A stretch of DNA of 63,824 nucleotides, filler included, from Choristocarpus tenellus KU-1152 (taxonomy: Eukaryota; Protista; Phaeophyceae): the NCBI GenBank assembly GCA_964200185.2. It is 14 parts of 14 records of this genome, joined end to end, with 100 filler letters (N's around TTAATTAATTAA, not from the genome) between each part and the next. Parts side by side here need not be neighbours in the genome. Positions count along the whole stretch, not along the records: positions 38,386 to 41,000 come from CAXNAD020026251.1; positions 41,101 to 44,585 come from CAXNAD020019713.1; positions 44,686 to 48,269 come from CAXNAD020019113.1; positions 48,370 to 52,995 come from CAXNAD020013736.1; 10 more parts are not named here. One strand, written 5' to 3'. Positions 39,098 through 50,095 of the stretch are shown here, piece by piece. Below the pieces are notes generated by a model. That model worked only from the letters and a program-made list of their open reading frames with translations. It was not told the DNA's origin and did not search any database. How positions within the stretch are numbered: the stretch's first letter is position 1; every line of letters starts with the position of its first letter. The translations under genes and the position numbers were made by a program.

Positions 39098-39131
<34 letters not shown>
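39098..39131. repeat. (CA)n microsatellite; (TTA/TTG)n tracts at about 38898-38990
   Basis: Seen directly in the sequence. Confidence 0.9.
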
Positions 39132-39133
<2 letters not shown>

Positions 39134-39202
39134 CCTACTACTGTTAATGCTGCACCCCCTCTGTTCCCCCATATCATATATTTTTGTAGTAAACATACCT
39201 AG

Positions 39203-39934
39203 GAGGATGCCGAATGGAGCAGGGATGCCCATCTCACTTACCACAGTCAATTCGCCAGGGAGAGGGTGTGGCATTCAAAATTCCGGTTGTGTTGGAAGTG
39301 ACAACACCGGGGACGACAACGTTAGGATCTGTGGGGGTGGGGGAATCAACAACGACAGCTTCGTCGGAAGTGGGGATGGAGGTGGGGGTGGAGGTGGAGG
39401 AGGAAGGGGAAGGCCCAGCGTGAGAAGGGGCCCCTCCTCCCCTCCTGGTACAGTTGTGGAAGAAGAAGCAGGTGCCGACGCCACTCCTTCCACCGCAGTA
39501 GCCCCCTCTACTACTACTCTTGTTACCCCTCAACAGGGCTTGCTGGCCCCTGCCCGTCCCCACGGTAGACAAAGCAAGTCTGTCAGTCGTCGCTCGAGCG
39601 TGGAGGGCTTGGTGTCCACCTCGGGAGTCGTTGGACACAGTCCAGAGGCTCTGGGGCTGGCTCCAGGGCAGGGGCAGGGGCAGGGGCAGAAGCGGACTCC
39701 TCAACGGTGGCAAGGGCTGTCCTCCCTGCGAAGTTTGTCGCCTGTGCAGCATGGGATGAGGGTGCAGCAAGAGGGTATTGCTGAGGGGGGGTGTTCGAGG
39801 GTTGTTGGGGGGGGTGGTTATGTGAGGCATCACTCTGCTACTTCTGGTGCCGGTGACGTTGGCGGCCGGAGTCCGCAATCAGTGAGGGGGATGAAAAGAG
39901 GCTCTGGTAGTTTTATTGAGGCGTCTGCTGTTCG
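39203..39934 (+). CDS. Large Gly/Ser/Arg-rich low-complexity internal exon of an unknown gene
   Basis: About 730-nt GC-rich open frame in AT-rich flanks, ending at the donor CG|GTGAGA. The acceptor is either 39190 or 39203. Confidence 0.65.
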
Positions 39935-41100
39935 GTGAGAGTTTTTTCTGTTCTTTTCTTTAGAGTTTAGTTGTGAAAGGTGAATTTATTTTGTTATTTT
40001 GTTATTATCTTGTGTGTGCGCACGTGTGTGTGTCTGTATATGCATGGATGATTTTCATCGAGTGCATTGTGTGTGTTCACTCAGAGGAATGACGATGTGT
40101 TGGGCCTGCAGTCTTTGTTTGTAGGGTGTGTTGTGTGAGTCAGGGATCGAGTCTGTTTGTTGGCACGTCTGTCCTATATGCTATCCTGTGGGGAGGGAGT
40201 GTAGAGGGATTCAAAAGTGGAAATTAAAAAAAATAACTTTCGGAGGTGTGGAAGCTTTTAATTAAGGCTGCGATAGCGAGGTCGTCGTTTTTGAGTTGGA
40301 GGTTTCACCAGCCCGTAAAATCACTGTCCGGCATATATATATATATATAATGCCTGCCTGTTCAAGGAGGATACACATATGCATGCGTTGATGTAGTTCA
40401 TCAAGGAGTGCTTTGAAATATATTGGCTCAAGTGAGAAACCTTTGCTGATAAAGTAGGTACCAGAGTTTGAAGTACCATCTTCACACCTGGCATCAACTT
40501 ACTTGCATGAACTACTCCACTGTGATGCACTGTACTTCTTGGGATTAGCTATAAAATTTTTCCAAGCGGTGATTTGTTTGGGGGGGAGGGGGAGGNNNNN
40601 NNNNNTTGTTGTTTTGGGGGATTGGCCGTGTAGTTTTGGGGGGGTTGGGTTGTTGGGGCGGGGGGGGGGTTTTGGTCGGTTTGGTCCTCTCTTCTATACC
40701 TTGCGTCAGTTTTGCTTGCAACTCTTTTTATCTTTTTTTCACAGCACAATAATAAGGTATACCCCCTCCCTATGCCGCTCCTCGCCACCGTCCATTACAG
40801 TTACTGCCTGCGTCCTCCAGGGCGTGATCATGACTTGGATGACTCACAGCCCCCACAGTTTTGCGTGTTCACAGCTTCAGGAGCTTCGCATGACCTCCGC
40901 TGCGACGACATCGAGGTTTCTAAAATGCTGGAAGGGGGGGGGGGGGGGGGGGTGTAAGGGGGGTGTTTTTTTTTTTTGTGTGGGGGGGGGGGGGCGGATG
41001 NNNNNNNNNNNNNNNNNNNNNNNNNNNNNNNNNNNNNNNNNNNNTTAATTAATTAANNNNNNNNNNNNNNNNNNNNNNNNNNNNNNNNNNNNNNNNNNNN

Positions 41101-42590
41101 CTATACCTTGCGCAAGACCCAACCCATCATGTGTCGAAGAGGAACAAGATAATGCATCGCCTAGCCCTGCAGTAGGTACGGGAAGCGGGACTCCAACAAT
41201 GGGTAGGCATACGATCACACCCTTTGTGCATGACTCTAGAGGCGATGGGGACCGACTCGTTTCTAAGGCTTTGTCAGATCTAGAGGAACTTGTAGAGGAC
41301 GACGTGGGTGGGCGCTGAGGCACGGACTCAGAGTCCACGCCTTGGGGGAGTGTTCGGGGAATGTCTCCAAACACCCTTTCAGTGCCCAGCGGTGGCGACA
41401 GGTCCCAAGTGCTGGGAAACCGTTACGGCCATACTGTGGGCCGAACCGACAACCCCCCACCCACGCCCATCCCACCTCAACCCCGAGGGACAAGCCTTCC
41501 CAGAAGGGCAAAGGAAAGGGGAAAAGGATATTTAGGAAGAAGAGGGTGGTAGAAGACTCCGAAGACAATGGGAAACAACTTTTTTCCAACGCTTTCTCAG
41601 CTCCAAAGGAACTTGTAGAGGAGAACGTTAGTGGGCGTTCAGGCGTCGACTCAGAGTCCACACCTTGGGGGAGTGACCCCGGAATGTCCTCAAGCGCCCA
41701 TTCGGTGCCCCACAGAGGCGATGAGTCGGAAGTGCCTGGAAGCGATTACGACCATATCCTAAGGCGAACTGAGAAACGTGCCCGTGGCCATCCCACCCCA
41801 ACCCCGAGGGACAAGCCTTCCAAGAAGGCCAAAGGGAAGGAGAAAAGCATTATAGTTAGGAAGAAGAGGATGTGAGAAGGTACTGGACAGACCAGTCCAC
41901 TCAAACAGCCTCGTGATACTGATGTGAGCGCTTTCGATCCTGCCTTCTTTACAGACGTCTTCGCTCCCGCGAAAATGGGCAGATATGCCAGAAGCACTTC
42001 TTCATCTGCATTGAGGTACGATGATGACGACGAAAACCCAGCTCGTGGTGCCGAGAATTGCGCCACACGGGACACAGCTGACTCCGGCGATGCATCCAAT
42101 GTGGGGATCACCGAAGCCTTTATGGAGGCGTGTGTTACCGAGCTCCTGCGGTCAGCAACGAAACCTGCTTCTACACAGTATCGAGTGCAGACCCAAATAC
42201 TCACCCAGATCATCTATGACCACAGGTTCCGGATCAGCAAGGCCGGTAAGGGGGCGGATTCTCTTGTTTTCGGGGACGAATACTACATCCACGAGCCCAC
42301 ACAGGTAAACTCCGCGATTGTGGAGGGAAGCCAGGCAACACGTTGCGTCTCGACCATGTGGAAGCAGACTAGGCGAGGAAGGCTATTGTGAGGCCCGAAA
42401 CTTGTGAGGCCCGAAACTTGGAACGCCAGATAATCGATACACCTAAATCCATTGCACCTTCTTGTCAAGGCATACCCTAAGCTCATGGAGTGATGGGAGA
42501 AGGGTGGCGAATGCAATTTCGAGTCTGTCCACCAATTGAAATAGGGATTCGGACGTTTCAGTTTTTTGTCGAAGTACAGGTAGAGTTACA
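41101..42590 (+). pseudogene. Decayed ORF, probably transposon-derived, with an internal ~323-bp tandem duplication
   Basis: About 41260-41555 repeats at about 41585-41880 (DSESTPWGS…PTPRDKPS.K.KGK). Overlapping long ORFs are broken by stops and frameshifts, and there is a 16-bp duplication at 42388-42419. Confidence 0.45.
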
Positions 42591-43340
42591 GGTTGTGGTG
42601 ATTTATGCATCAGTGTACCTTGCCTTCGTGTCCGACTACCATGTTCATCCACTTTCCATTCCATTAGTTATGCATTTAGACAGCGGTATCGGATGCATTG
42701 ATACCAGTCAGAGTCGTCAACGTATCATATATCATGCTCACATTGAGGATTTGACCTGTGTTATTATTACTTTAGAGTAACGTCTCTGCTACAAGGTTTA
42801 GACAACCATAATACAATACATCAACCCATCTTCTCAGCTAACCTTTCCAAACAGTTCGCCAGGGTCTGCGATGGATACCCTGTCCTTCTCAATGCCGCTA
42901 CTCCTTGAACACTATTACGCACCTCCCCCCTTCTTCTTAATACTCTACGCATCATCTCATGCTTGTCCAAATGTCGACAAACTAGAACCGATCTCGTCCT
43001 CCTTCGAATCTTGGAGGATCATATACCGAAGTCCACGCACGATGCTCCTAAGCACGGCACCAACACAGGACCTCTCTGGAAGTGGACCTTGAACTACTTT
43101 CAGATAAACGTGCGACAATAGATTTTGACCAATAACCACTCGTATACACCTCCAGATATCTCTCACATTATATGAGAGATAGAATGCATTAACCCGAATA
43201 CAAAACCCGACCTTTTCCCGTCCTTTGTACCAACAATTCCCAAACTAACACCCTCAGTGACAACCACGTATTATTACATACTAAATCCAACACATGCACA
43301 CAAATAAACGAAGTATTACATTTCAAACTGTTTCAGATTT

Positions 43341-43664
43341 GAGTGAAAGTATCTCAGAGGGTACGAGGTTTGCCGTGTTTGTTCCTTTGGTGCTTGGCTC
43401 CTCATGTTTTTTTTTGTGCAATTTTCCTACTTGAAAATGTTCTGGATTAGGTGAAGTGTATACGTTAGGGAAAGGTGTGTCTGGAACAAGGATGTCGACA
43501 CTTCCTAACAAACACGGTAGGTAAAATTACATCAAAATCATTCGTGTGGGACAATTGACACTTCCTAACGAACACAATGGGTAAAATTACATCAGAATCG
43601 GTCCATTGGATGATTGACCCCCAAATGTACAGCGCTCGCTCTACTCTCTAAGATACTTTGACTC
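43341..43664. mobile_element. MITE family C with an internal ~60-bp duplication
   Basis: TIRs GAGTGAAAGTATCTCAGAGGGTA / TACTCTCTAAGATACTTTGACTC. GACACTTCCTAAC.AACAC…AAAATTACATCA occurs twice. Confidence 0.88.
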
Positions 43665-44360
43665 TACATGTCATGGCTCCTCATGGACACACCGGGAGAA
43701 CAGGCCCAAGCTGACTGTCCTCTTTGTGTGCACACCGCACACGACTCAGGCAAGCAAATAAACGAAAAAACAACCTCCCAACAGCCCATTTTCTTTTTTT
43801 CATTTCCTCATCTTAACAGTGGAAAAACACACCCTAACCGATACCCTTCTTTATATGTCAAACAAATCCCACTCATGCAACCAAACTGACCAATATCCAG
43901 CCCTGGAACAACCTAACCCATATCGCTTATTTTTTATCATACCTGCCCGGTCACATACATAAACCAATAATCCCGTTTAAACAGACTCAAAATCCGATAG
44001 GCAAACGTCGAAACTCCCAACCAAAGCCAAATTAATGGTGGCATATAGTCCCATTCCTCTTGCGTACACAAGGACAGAAAGGAACCTAACGAACAGTCGT
44101 CTTCCTTTTGCCGACATTTCAAATCCGACACGTGCGACCAAATCACACCAAAAAGTGAAAATCGAAAAAAGGGTGAAAAACGGACGCCGACACCCCCCCC
44201 TCAGATACTTTGAGCTACCAATTTCTTCAACCCGATTTTTGCCGTCTTAATAAAACCTGTAAGTCTTTCCAATAGGCTCAACGGTGTTTTTATCCGGGGT
44301 CGGGGATCAATCCCCCCCGTGATGCATACCGTGTTCTTACTTCAATTGGTTCCATAGTTA

Positions 44361-44537
44361 GACTCAAAGTATCTGGGAGGGGGTGGTGACTATCCATTTG
44401 GTGCCAATTCTTTCATGTCGCAATTTTTAGGTGATTTTGTTGCATTCACCAATGGATAATGTAAGTACACCTTTCCTGGTCATGGCCCAAATGGGCACCG
44501 TGGTGTAGACCCCCCTCCCCCCCAGATACTTTGGGTC
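44361..44537 (+). mobile_element. MITE family B (177 bp) flanked by TTA
   Basis: TIRs GACTCAAAGTATCTGGG / CCCAGATACTTTGGGTC. TTA at 44358-44360 and 44538-44540. Confidence 0.92.
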
Positions 44538-44685
44538 TTACTACACGTAACCTGACCTGGCTGTCTTCTAAGGGCCTCAGTCTTGNNNNNNNNNNNNNNN
44601 NNNNNNNNNNNNNNNNNNNNNNNNNNNNNTTAATTAATTAANNNNNNNNNNNNNNNNNNNNNNNNNNNNNNNNNNNNNNNNNNNN

Positions 44686-44757
44686 GTCTTGCCCGGTGAT
44701 TCTCTTCACCACCCTTGCCTGAGTGAACCACGCCGCCACAGAATCACACGATTCACA
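44686..44757 (+). mobile_element. 3' end of a Gypsy-family LTR at contig start
   Basis: Matches 62359-62430 and ends …CACGATTCACA. Confidence 0.75.
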
Positions 44758-45184
44758 CTCACATCAGATACATATCCGCGCGCAAACACAAGTTCATTGC
44801 GCGCTCATTCCCTTGTCATTATTGGTGACTTTCTCGCCACAATCGAACACACAAAAGTTTGTCCACCCTCATATCACTTACAGTTGAACGTTAGCATATC
44901 ATCTCTCAGATCTGAGACCCAATAAAAACTATTTGTAAGATTTGATGACTGAGAGAGCTTTGGAGTTCCTGGAACCACCTAACATGACACTGCTGGTGAT
45001 TCTGAATACCCCCCACTACTGATTGGACACTGCCGTACAACACCCAATAAAAACGTCTCGAATTACTGTTTTAAAACATGGAAGGCGTAATGATTCAGCT
45101 GGACGTGGATAGAATATGAACCTCTCGACAAAACCACAATCAACCACGAAACAGTACAAGTAGATACCTAGCGCAGATCAAGCA

Positions 45185-46069
45185 ATGGAAGCGGTAGCTG
45201 AGGAATCTTCTTCAACTCAGGCGCACCCCGTCGAGGTTGCCAAGGATGCTGTGGCCAGCATCTTCGGCTCCGCTGCATGCGTGTACACTGGGCAGCCCCT
45301 GGACACCATCAAAGTTCGAATGCAGGCGCGCCCTGATGCCTTCAGTGGTCCGTTCCAATGCTTACGCAAGACATTGGCAGAGGAACATATAACTTCTCTA
45401 TGGAAGGGATCTACACCAGCCCTGTGCGGGGCTGTCATGGAAAATATGGTGGCCTTCGGCGTCAACCAACAACTGAAGAGACTCTTCCCAGAGGAGGAGG
45501 GGGAAGGACACACCTCTCGATGGAGACCTGTTGGTTTCGGGGCCGCAACTGGGTTATTCACCTCAGTTGTACTATGCCCTAGTGATGTGATCAAGTGTAA
45601 GGTGCAAGTTAACAGGTCGTTTAAGGCTGGGGTTGGAGGAGAGATAGGGGTGGATGCTGTGCAGATGATGAAACGTGTTCTGCGAACGCAAGGGATACGG
45701 GGATTGTTCGTTGGTTTGGGGGCTCAATTCGCTCGAGACGTGCCTTTCTATGCCGCATTCTTTGGAACATATGACGGAATTGTAGATGTGACAAAGAATT
45801 ACAACGGAATACCCAAAGAGATGCTGTATTTGTTTGCAGGGGGAATGGCTGGGGTTTTTGGTTGGGCGATGGCGATGCCAATAGACGTCGCAAAGTCCAT
45901 AATTCAGACTGCGGATGTGCCAAAGAGTCTAGTGCAGACGATGAAGGATGTGCAAAGAACGAAGGGAACGAAAGCGCTTTTTAGTGGATTTAGCGCTGCG
46001 CTTATCCGCGCTTTCCCTGCAAATGCTGCTCTGTTTTTGGGGTACGAAGTCGCTCGAAGGAACTTGTGA
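45185..46069 (+). CDS. Mitochondrial carrier family (SLC25) protein, ornithine/carnitine-carrier-like, complete and intronless, 294 aa
   Basis: Three PxDxxK signature motifs (PLDTIKVRMQ, PSDVIKCKVQ, PIDVAKSIIQ). RDVPFYAAFF and RAFPANAALF are typical of amino-acid and carnitine carriers. Confidence 0.96.
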   Translation: MEAVAEESSSTQAHPVEVAKDAVASIFGSAACVYTGQPLDTIKVRMQARPDAFSGPFQCLRKTLAEEHITSLWKGSTPALCGAVMENMVAFGVNQQLKRLFPEEEGEGHTSRWRPVGFGAATGLFTSVVLCPSDVIKCKVQVNRSFKAGVGGEIGVDAVQMMKRVLRTQGIRGLFVGLGAQFARDVPFYAAFFGTYDGIVDVTKNYNGIPKEMLYLFAGGMAGVFGWAMAMPIDVAKSIIQTADVPKSLVQTMKDVQRTKGTKALFSGFSAALIRAFPANAALFLGYEVARRNL

Positions 46070-46789
46070 CCACTTGAACCTTCGACGGTTTAATTTAGCT
46101 ATGTGAACAATATTTAACATATTGAATTATATTTTTAATGCGGTTTAATAATTTCACACTGCACCCTGTGCGTGCTTTGAGAGAAGACACTGGGCATTGT
46201 GGGTAGTCTATTTTTCCTCACCAAGATCCTATGCTGCCCCCTTTCCCGTGATCATTCTGATAATGCACGATGTCCATGATACTCCAGGTAGCAGTAGTAA
46301 CATGAACCCTTGCTTGTGCACACATTACCCTTCTTTCAATTGCATCGTGAAATATGTGTCTTCAAAGGGAACCCATTCAATCCCTATTTCATTCCTTGAT
46401 CCTGCATTTCTTGTCCCTGCGAGAGCTGTAACCATTTGTGATGTGTACACCACAAAGATACCAGAAGTGTTACACTATAGATGAGATTCCTGCTGCATGC
46501 TGTTGACACCACGTCCCATACACCAACACCAACAACCCCAACAAGTATTTTCTCTCCTTCATTGTAATACTGCAGAGCGTACAAGAAAGAAGCCAGATGC
46601 AACGCCTCACACCCTGTTATCACAATGAAGAAAACGAGATAAATAAATGTGGGCAACCTCAGCATTGGCATGATGTAATGAACTTGTATGTTAATCTCGT
46701 TGTGTACTGAAAACAGAGATGCTCAATTAGTGATTGGTCAAAGTGGGAGCATTGGTAGCAGGCCTTGAGAATTGTGATGCTTCCTATCC

Positions 46790-48170
46790 TCAGGGAGCTA
46801 ATTGACTTGTCGACATAACAGACTTTGGTGAACAATGCCTGCTGACTGGGCGAGGAAAAACAGGTGAGTCTGGGACTCCACCAGGTGGGGTGTTGGACCT
46901 GATCCTATTACTACGTGCCTTGACCTGCCCCTCCATGGTTTTCATGTGAGCCCAATGGTCTTCTGTCATGGTGGTATCCCCTAGTGAAAGTGCTGTCAAT
47001 TGTGCCAAGGTTATCCATCTGTGGAAGTCCTCTGCCTGAGAAAGGTATGAAGGAGTAAAACACAAAGGAGTACAGATCACTTTCATGGTCCACTGTATGT
47101 CAGGAGATGTGCTGTTCAGAACTTCACGCCATATGTTTCTCTTTCTACAGTACAAATCAGGGAAATATATAGATTTGTGTTGTAGTTGCTAGTGTGGCAT
47201 GGGTATAGAAGAACTGTGGACAAGTTTTTGTTAGACCTCTGCCGTGCAAGCTACTAATATGTTACTGTCATACCGTTGTCCCAAAACTTGCACTGGGTAT
47301 GAATCATGGATTTTCTGGATTACTTGACTGACAGTCCAAAGCACAGCCTTACTTCTAAATGTCCATTTTTGCAGCACAAAAATGATCCAGTAAATAGAAG
47401 CATCAGAAAATACCATCAAGAAGAGAAAACAAAAGAATTTCCAATGGGAAGAGGCAATGATATTCAGAACATGTGTGAACCCTTCTTCTGTTGTACCAAG
47501 TGAAAGATAGCATACAACGAATATCTGGCACATATCTGGAGATTTGAAATGTTGACTTGTCCTGATGACACATCCTACCAAAAATATTACAGTAGCAAAC
47601 CTGCAAGTGCTGAGACCCTGCAGTACAAGACAATCCACATACCTGAGTTTTCTCACCCTCGAGAAGCCACTGACTACAGCCTCTCCAGGGGCACACACAC
47701 AAGCACAAGCACACTCAAATCAAACACACAAGGGCGCATGTACAGTTCAATGCAGTTTCCCATACCCAAGGCTCTCTCACCGTGACTCCCTGGCCTTGTT
47801 GCCGTGCCTTGACAAAGTCCTCCTCTGCCATCCCTGAGCTCTTCCCATCCAACGACATACTCATATGCCGTGTGGCCCCCACATAAACCCGTAACCGTGC
47901 TAGGGCATCACTCTTGAGGCCTCCTGTACCGTCTGGAGGTGGTTGGTCACTGGTTGACACACTTGTTGCAGTAGTATCAGCAATTCTACTTGCGAGAGGC
48001 ATGAGTGGTATGCTTGCAGAGGTGTCCGTGACGGGATTGCCATGAGATAGGGAAATGCAGGGGTGATCAACCTTGAAGTCGATTTGATAGAAGCCGAAAT
48101 CATAGGGTACCTTCTGTAGTGTCAACAGGGAGTGTAATACAGATGCATTTCTCATGCCCTCCTCGCTGAT
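46790..48170 (-). CDS. MCMBP: Mini-chromosome maintenance complex-binding protein, last two exons (48170-47781, 47035-46790)
   Basis: EGMRN…QKVPYDFGFYQIDF.VD.P.ISLS…RVYV…EEDFVKARQ|AEDFHRWITLAQL.ALSLG…HW..MK.ME matches the MCM-BP C-terminus. Phase-0 GT/AG junction. Confidence 0.88.
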
Positions 48171-48753
48171 CTGATTGTACTCACAAGCAGAGTCAGGGTG
48201 TAAATCATTTGGGGTAGAGCATGAGGGCAGCGGTGGAGGCGGGAGAGGTAAGGCGAAATGGGGCGAGGGNNNNNNNNNNNNNNNNNNNNNNNNNNNNNNN
48301 NNNNNNNNNNNNNTTAATTAATTAANNNNNNNNNNNNNNNNNNNNNNNNNNNNNNNNNNNNNNNNNNNNCAAAAAAGTGAAAATCGAAAAAAGGGTGAAA
48401 AACGGATGCCGACACCCCCCCCTAAGATACTTTGACCCTTCTAAAGGGCGTATGTCCATGTGTGCAACTGAGAGACAAAGCACAATACGTAAGTGGACAG
48501 TGCTGTGACTCAATGACAGGTGCAAATGGAACTTGCACGACCATTCTGGGGACATGGGTCGGTTTGATGGTATGTATTGAGAACTGTAATACATGGACTA
48601 CAATTGAAGCATGCCACTCATTCTCAGTTGACTTCCGTCATCCTCACTGGAGTTGGGTGTAGAAAGATTAAGCACGTAATACCTCTGAATGCACTTGTAA
48701 CCAGAGTTGTACTTGCTCTGCAAAGTTTCCTGACAAGAAATCTTTAGCCTGGT

Positions 48754-49015
48754 GAGTGAAAGTATCATAGAGGGTACGAGTTTTGCCATGTTTGTCCATT
48801 TATTTGGGGCTTGGCTTCCCTCGGGATTCTTAAGACATTTTCCTGCTACAAAATATTTCGGAGTAGGTAAAATATATACGTTATGAAAAGGTGTGTCCGG
48901 AACAAGGATATTGACACTTCCTAACAAAAACGATAGCCAAAATTACATCAAAATCGTAACATTGGATTTTGGTCCCCAAATAGATGCGGCTCTACCCTCT
49001 AAGATTATTTGGCTC
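48754..49015. mobile_element. MITE family C
   Basis: GAGTGAAAGTATCATAGAGGGTA … TACCCTCTAAGATTATTTGGCTC. Confidence 0.88.
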
Positions 49016-50095
49016 TATCTGTGTATCTAAGTGTGTTAGGATCTTATACTACTGAAGGCACATTTTTCACTACCATTCCCTTATCAGACTAAGTGCACAA
49101 ACTTCAACCAGCAGGTTGGAATCCAGCACAACCCCAAAAAGAATGATCATAAAGTATTTCCTCAATCGCTTAGATCGATTTTCGACCCATTTTTCTCTGA
49201 ACCTAATTATCCCTGAAGTGATACTGTGTCATCATTCCACCACACGATAATGACGTCGACTGCCATCTAAGATCTTGGTACAGTCGGAGCTGTTGTAAGC
49301 CGGGCAAGTTGTGTTTATTTATGGGAGAGGATCCTTAGTTCATCTGTTCCCCGGAGTGAGTCTGTCTAAACCACGTATTTGGTACTATACCACACCAACT
49401 TTTTGGGGGATGGATATAAACTGATTTGGGGTAGTAGTACAATAATCAAGTCATTCCTCTTATCAAAATATCTTGCCCCACAATTTGCATGGTGATACGG
49501 GCCAAAGATATACTACTGTGGAGTATGTAGCGTAGAGTTCTATACTCAAGTATATGAATTTGTCCATTGTTGCTTCAAGAGGGCCAAGAGTACAAACTTT
49601 TCGACTTCCTATATCCATCTTGGTTGGAAAGTATCAATAAAGACACTACCCATTGTCTTTGTCAAAACTACCCTTGATTTGTCCAATGTTTGACACCCTA
49701 TTTCTGCACGCCTGAATCAAAATTTGTGTAGTCACATGTCCAGGTAGGACAACCTTTGACATAATATTCATATTCATCTATGGAAGGTACTGAAAAAAGC
49801 TGCATTACAATTATACAAGGTTTATCAATGTATCCTACTCCAATTAATCACACCCATAAAATTGATTGTCCATTTTCCAATATGACATTAGGCATTTCCA
49901 GTACGTCAAAACTATAAATAAAAAAACGTTCTAGGCAAGATTGCATCGGGGAATTGTGGCAAAAAAAAAGTGACCACAACATGACAAATAATGCAGCTAT
50001 CACAACAGTACAAGAAAAAACAAATATGTTCAAAGGGAGAGATATTTAAGGCGTAACTAAAACAACGCAACAAGTGGCACTTTTTGTTTCCATGC

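Noticed and set aside
45217-45923. Antisense ORFs over the SLC25 gene, and many short ORFs over MITEs or N-runs
   Set aside because: These are shadows of real CDSs, repeat-derived, or artefacts of translation through Ns.
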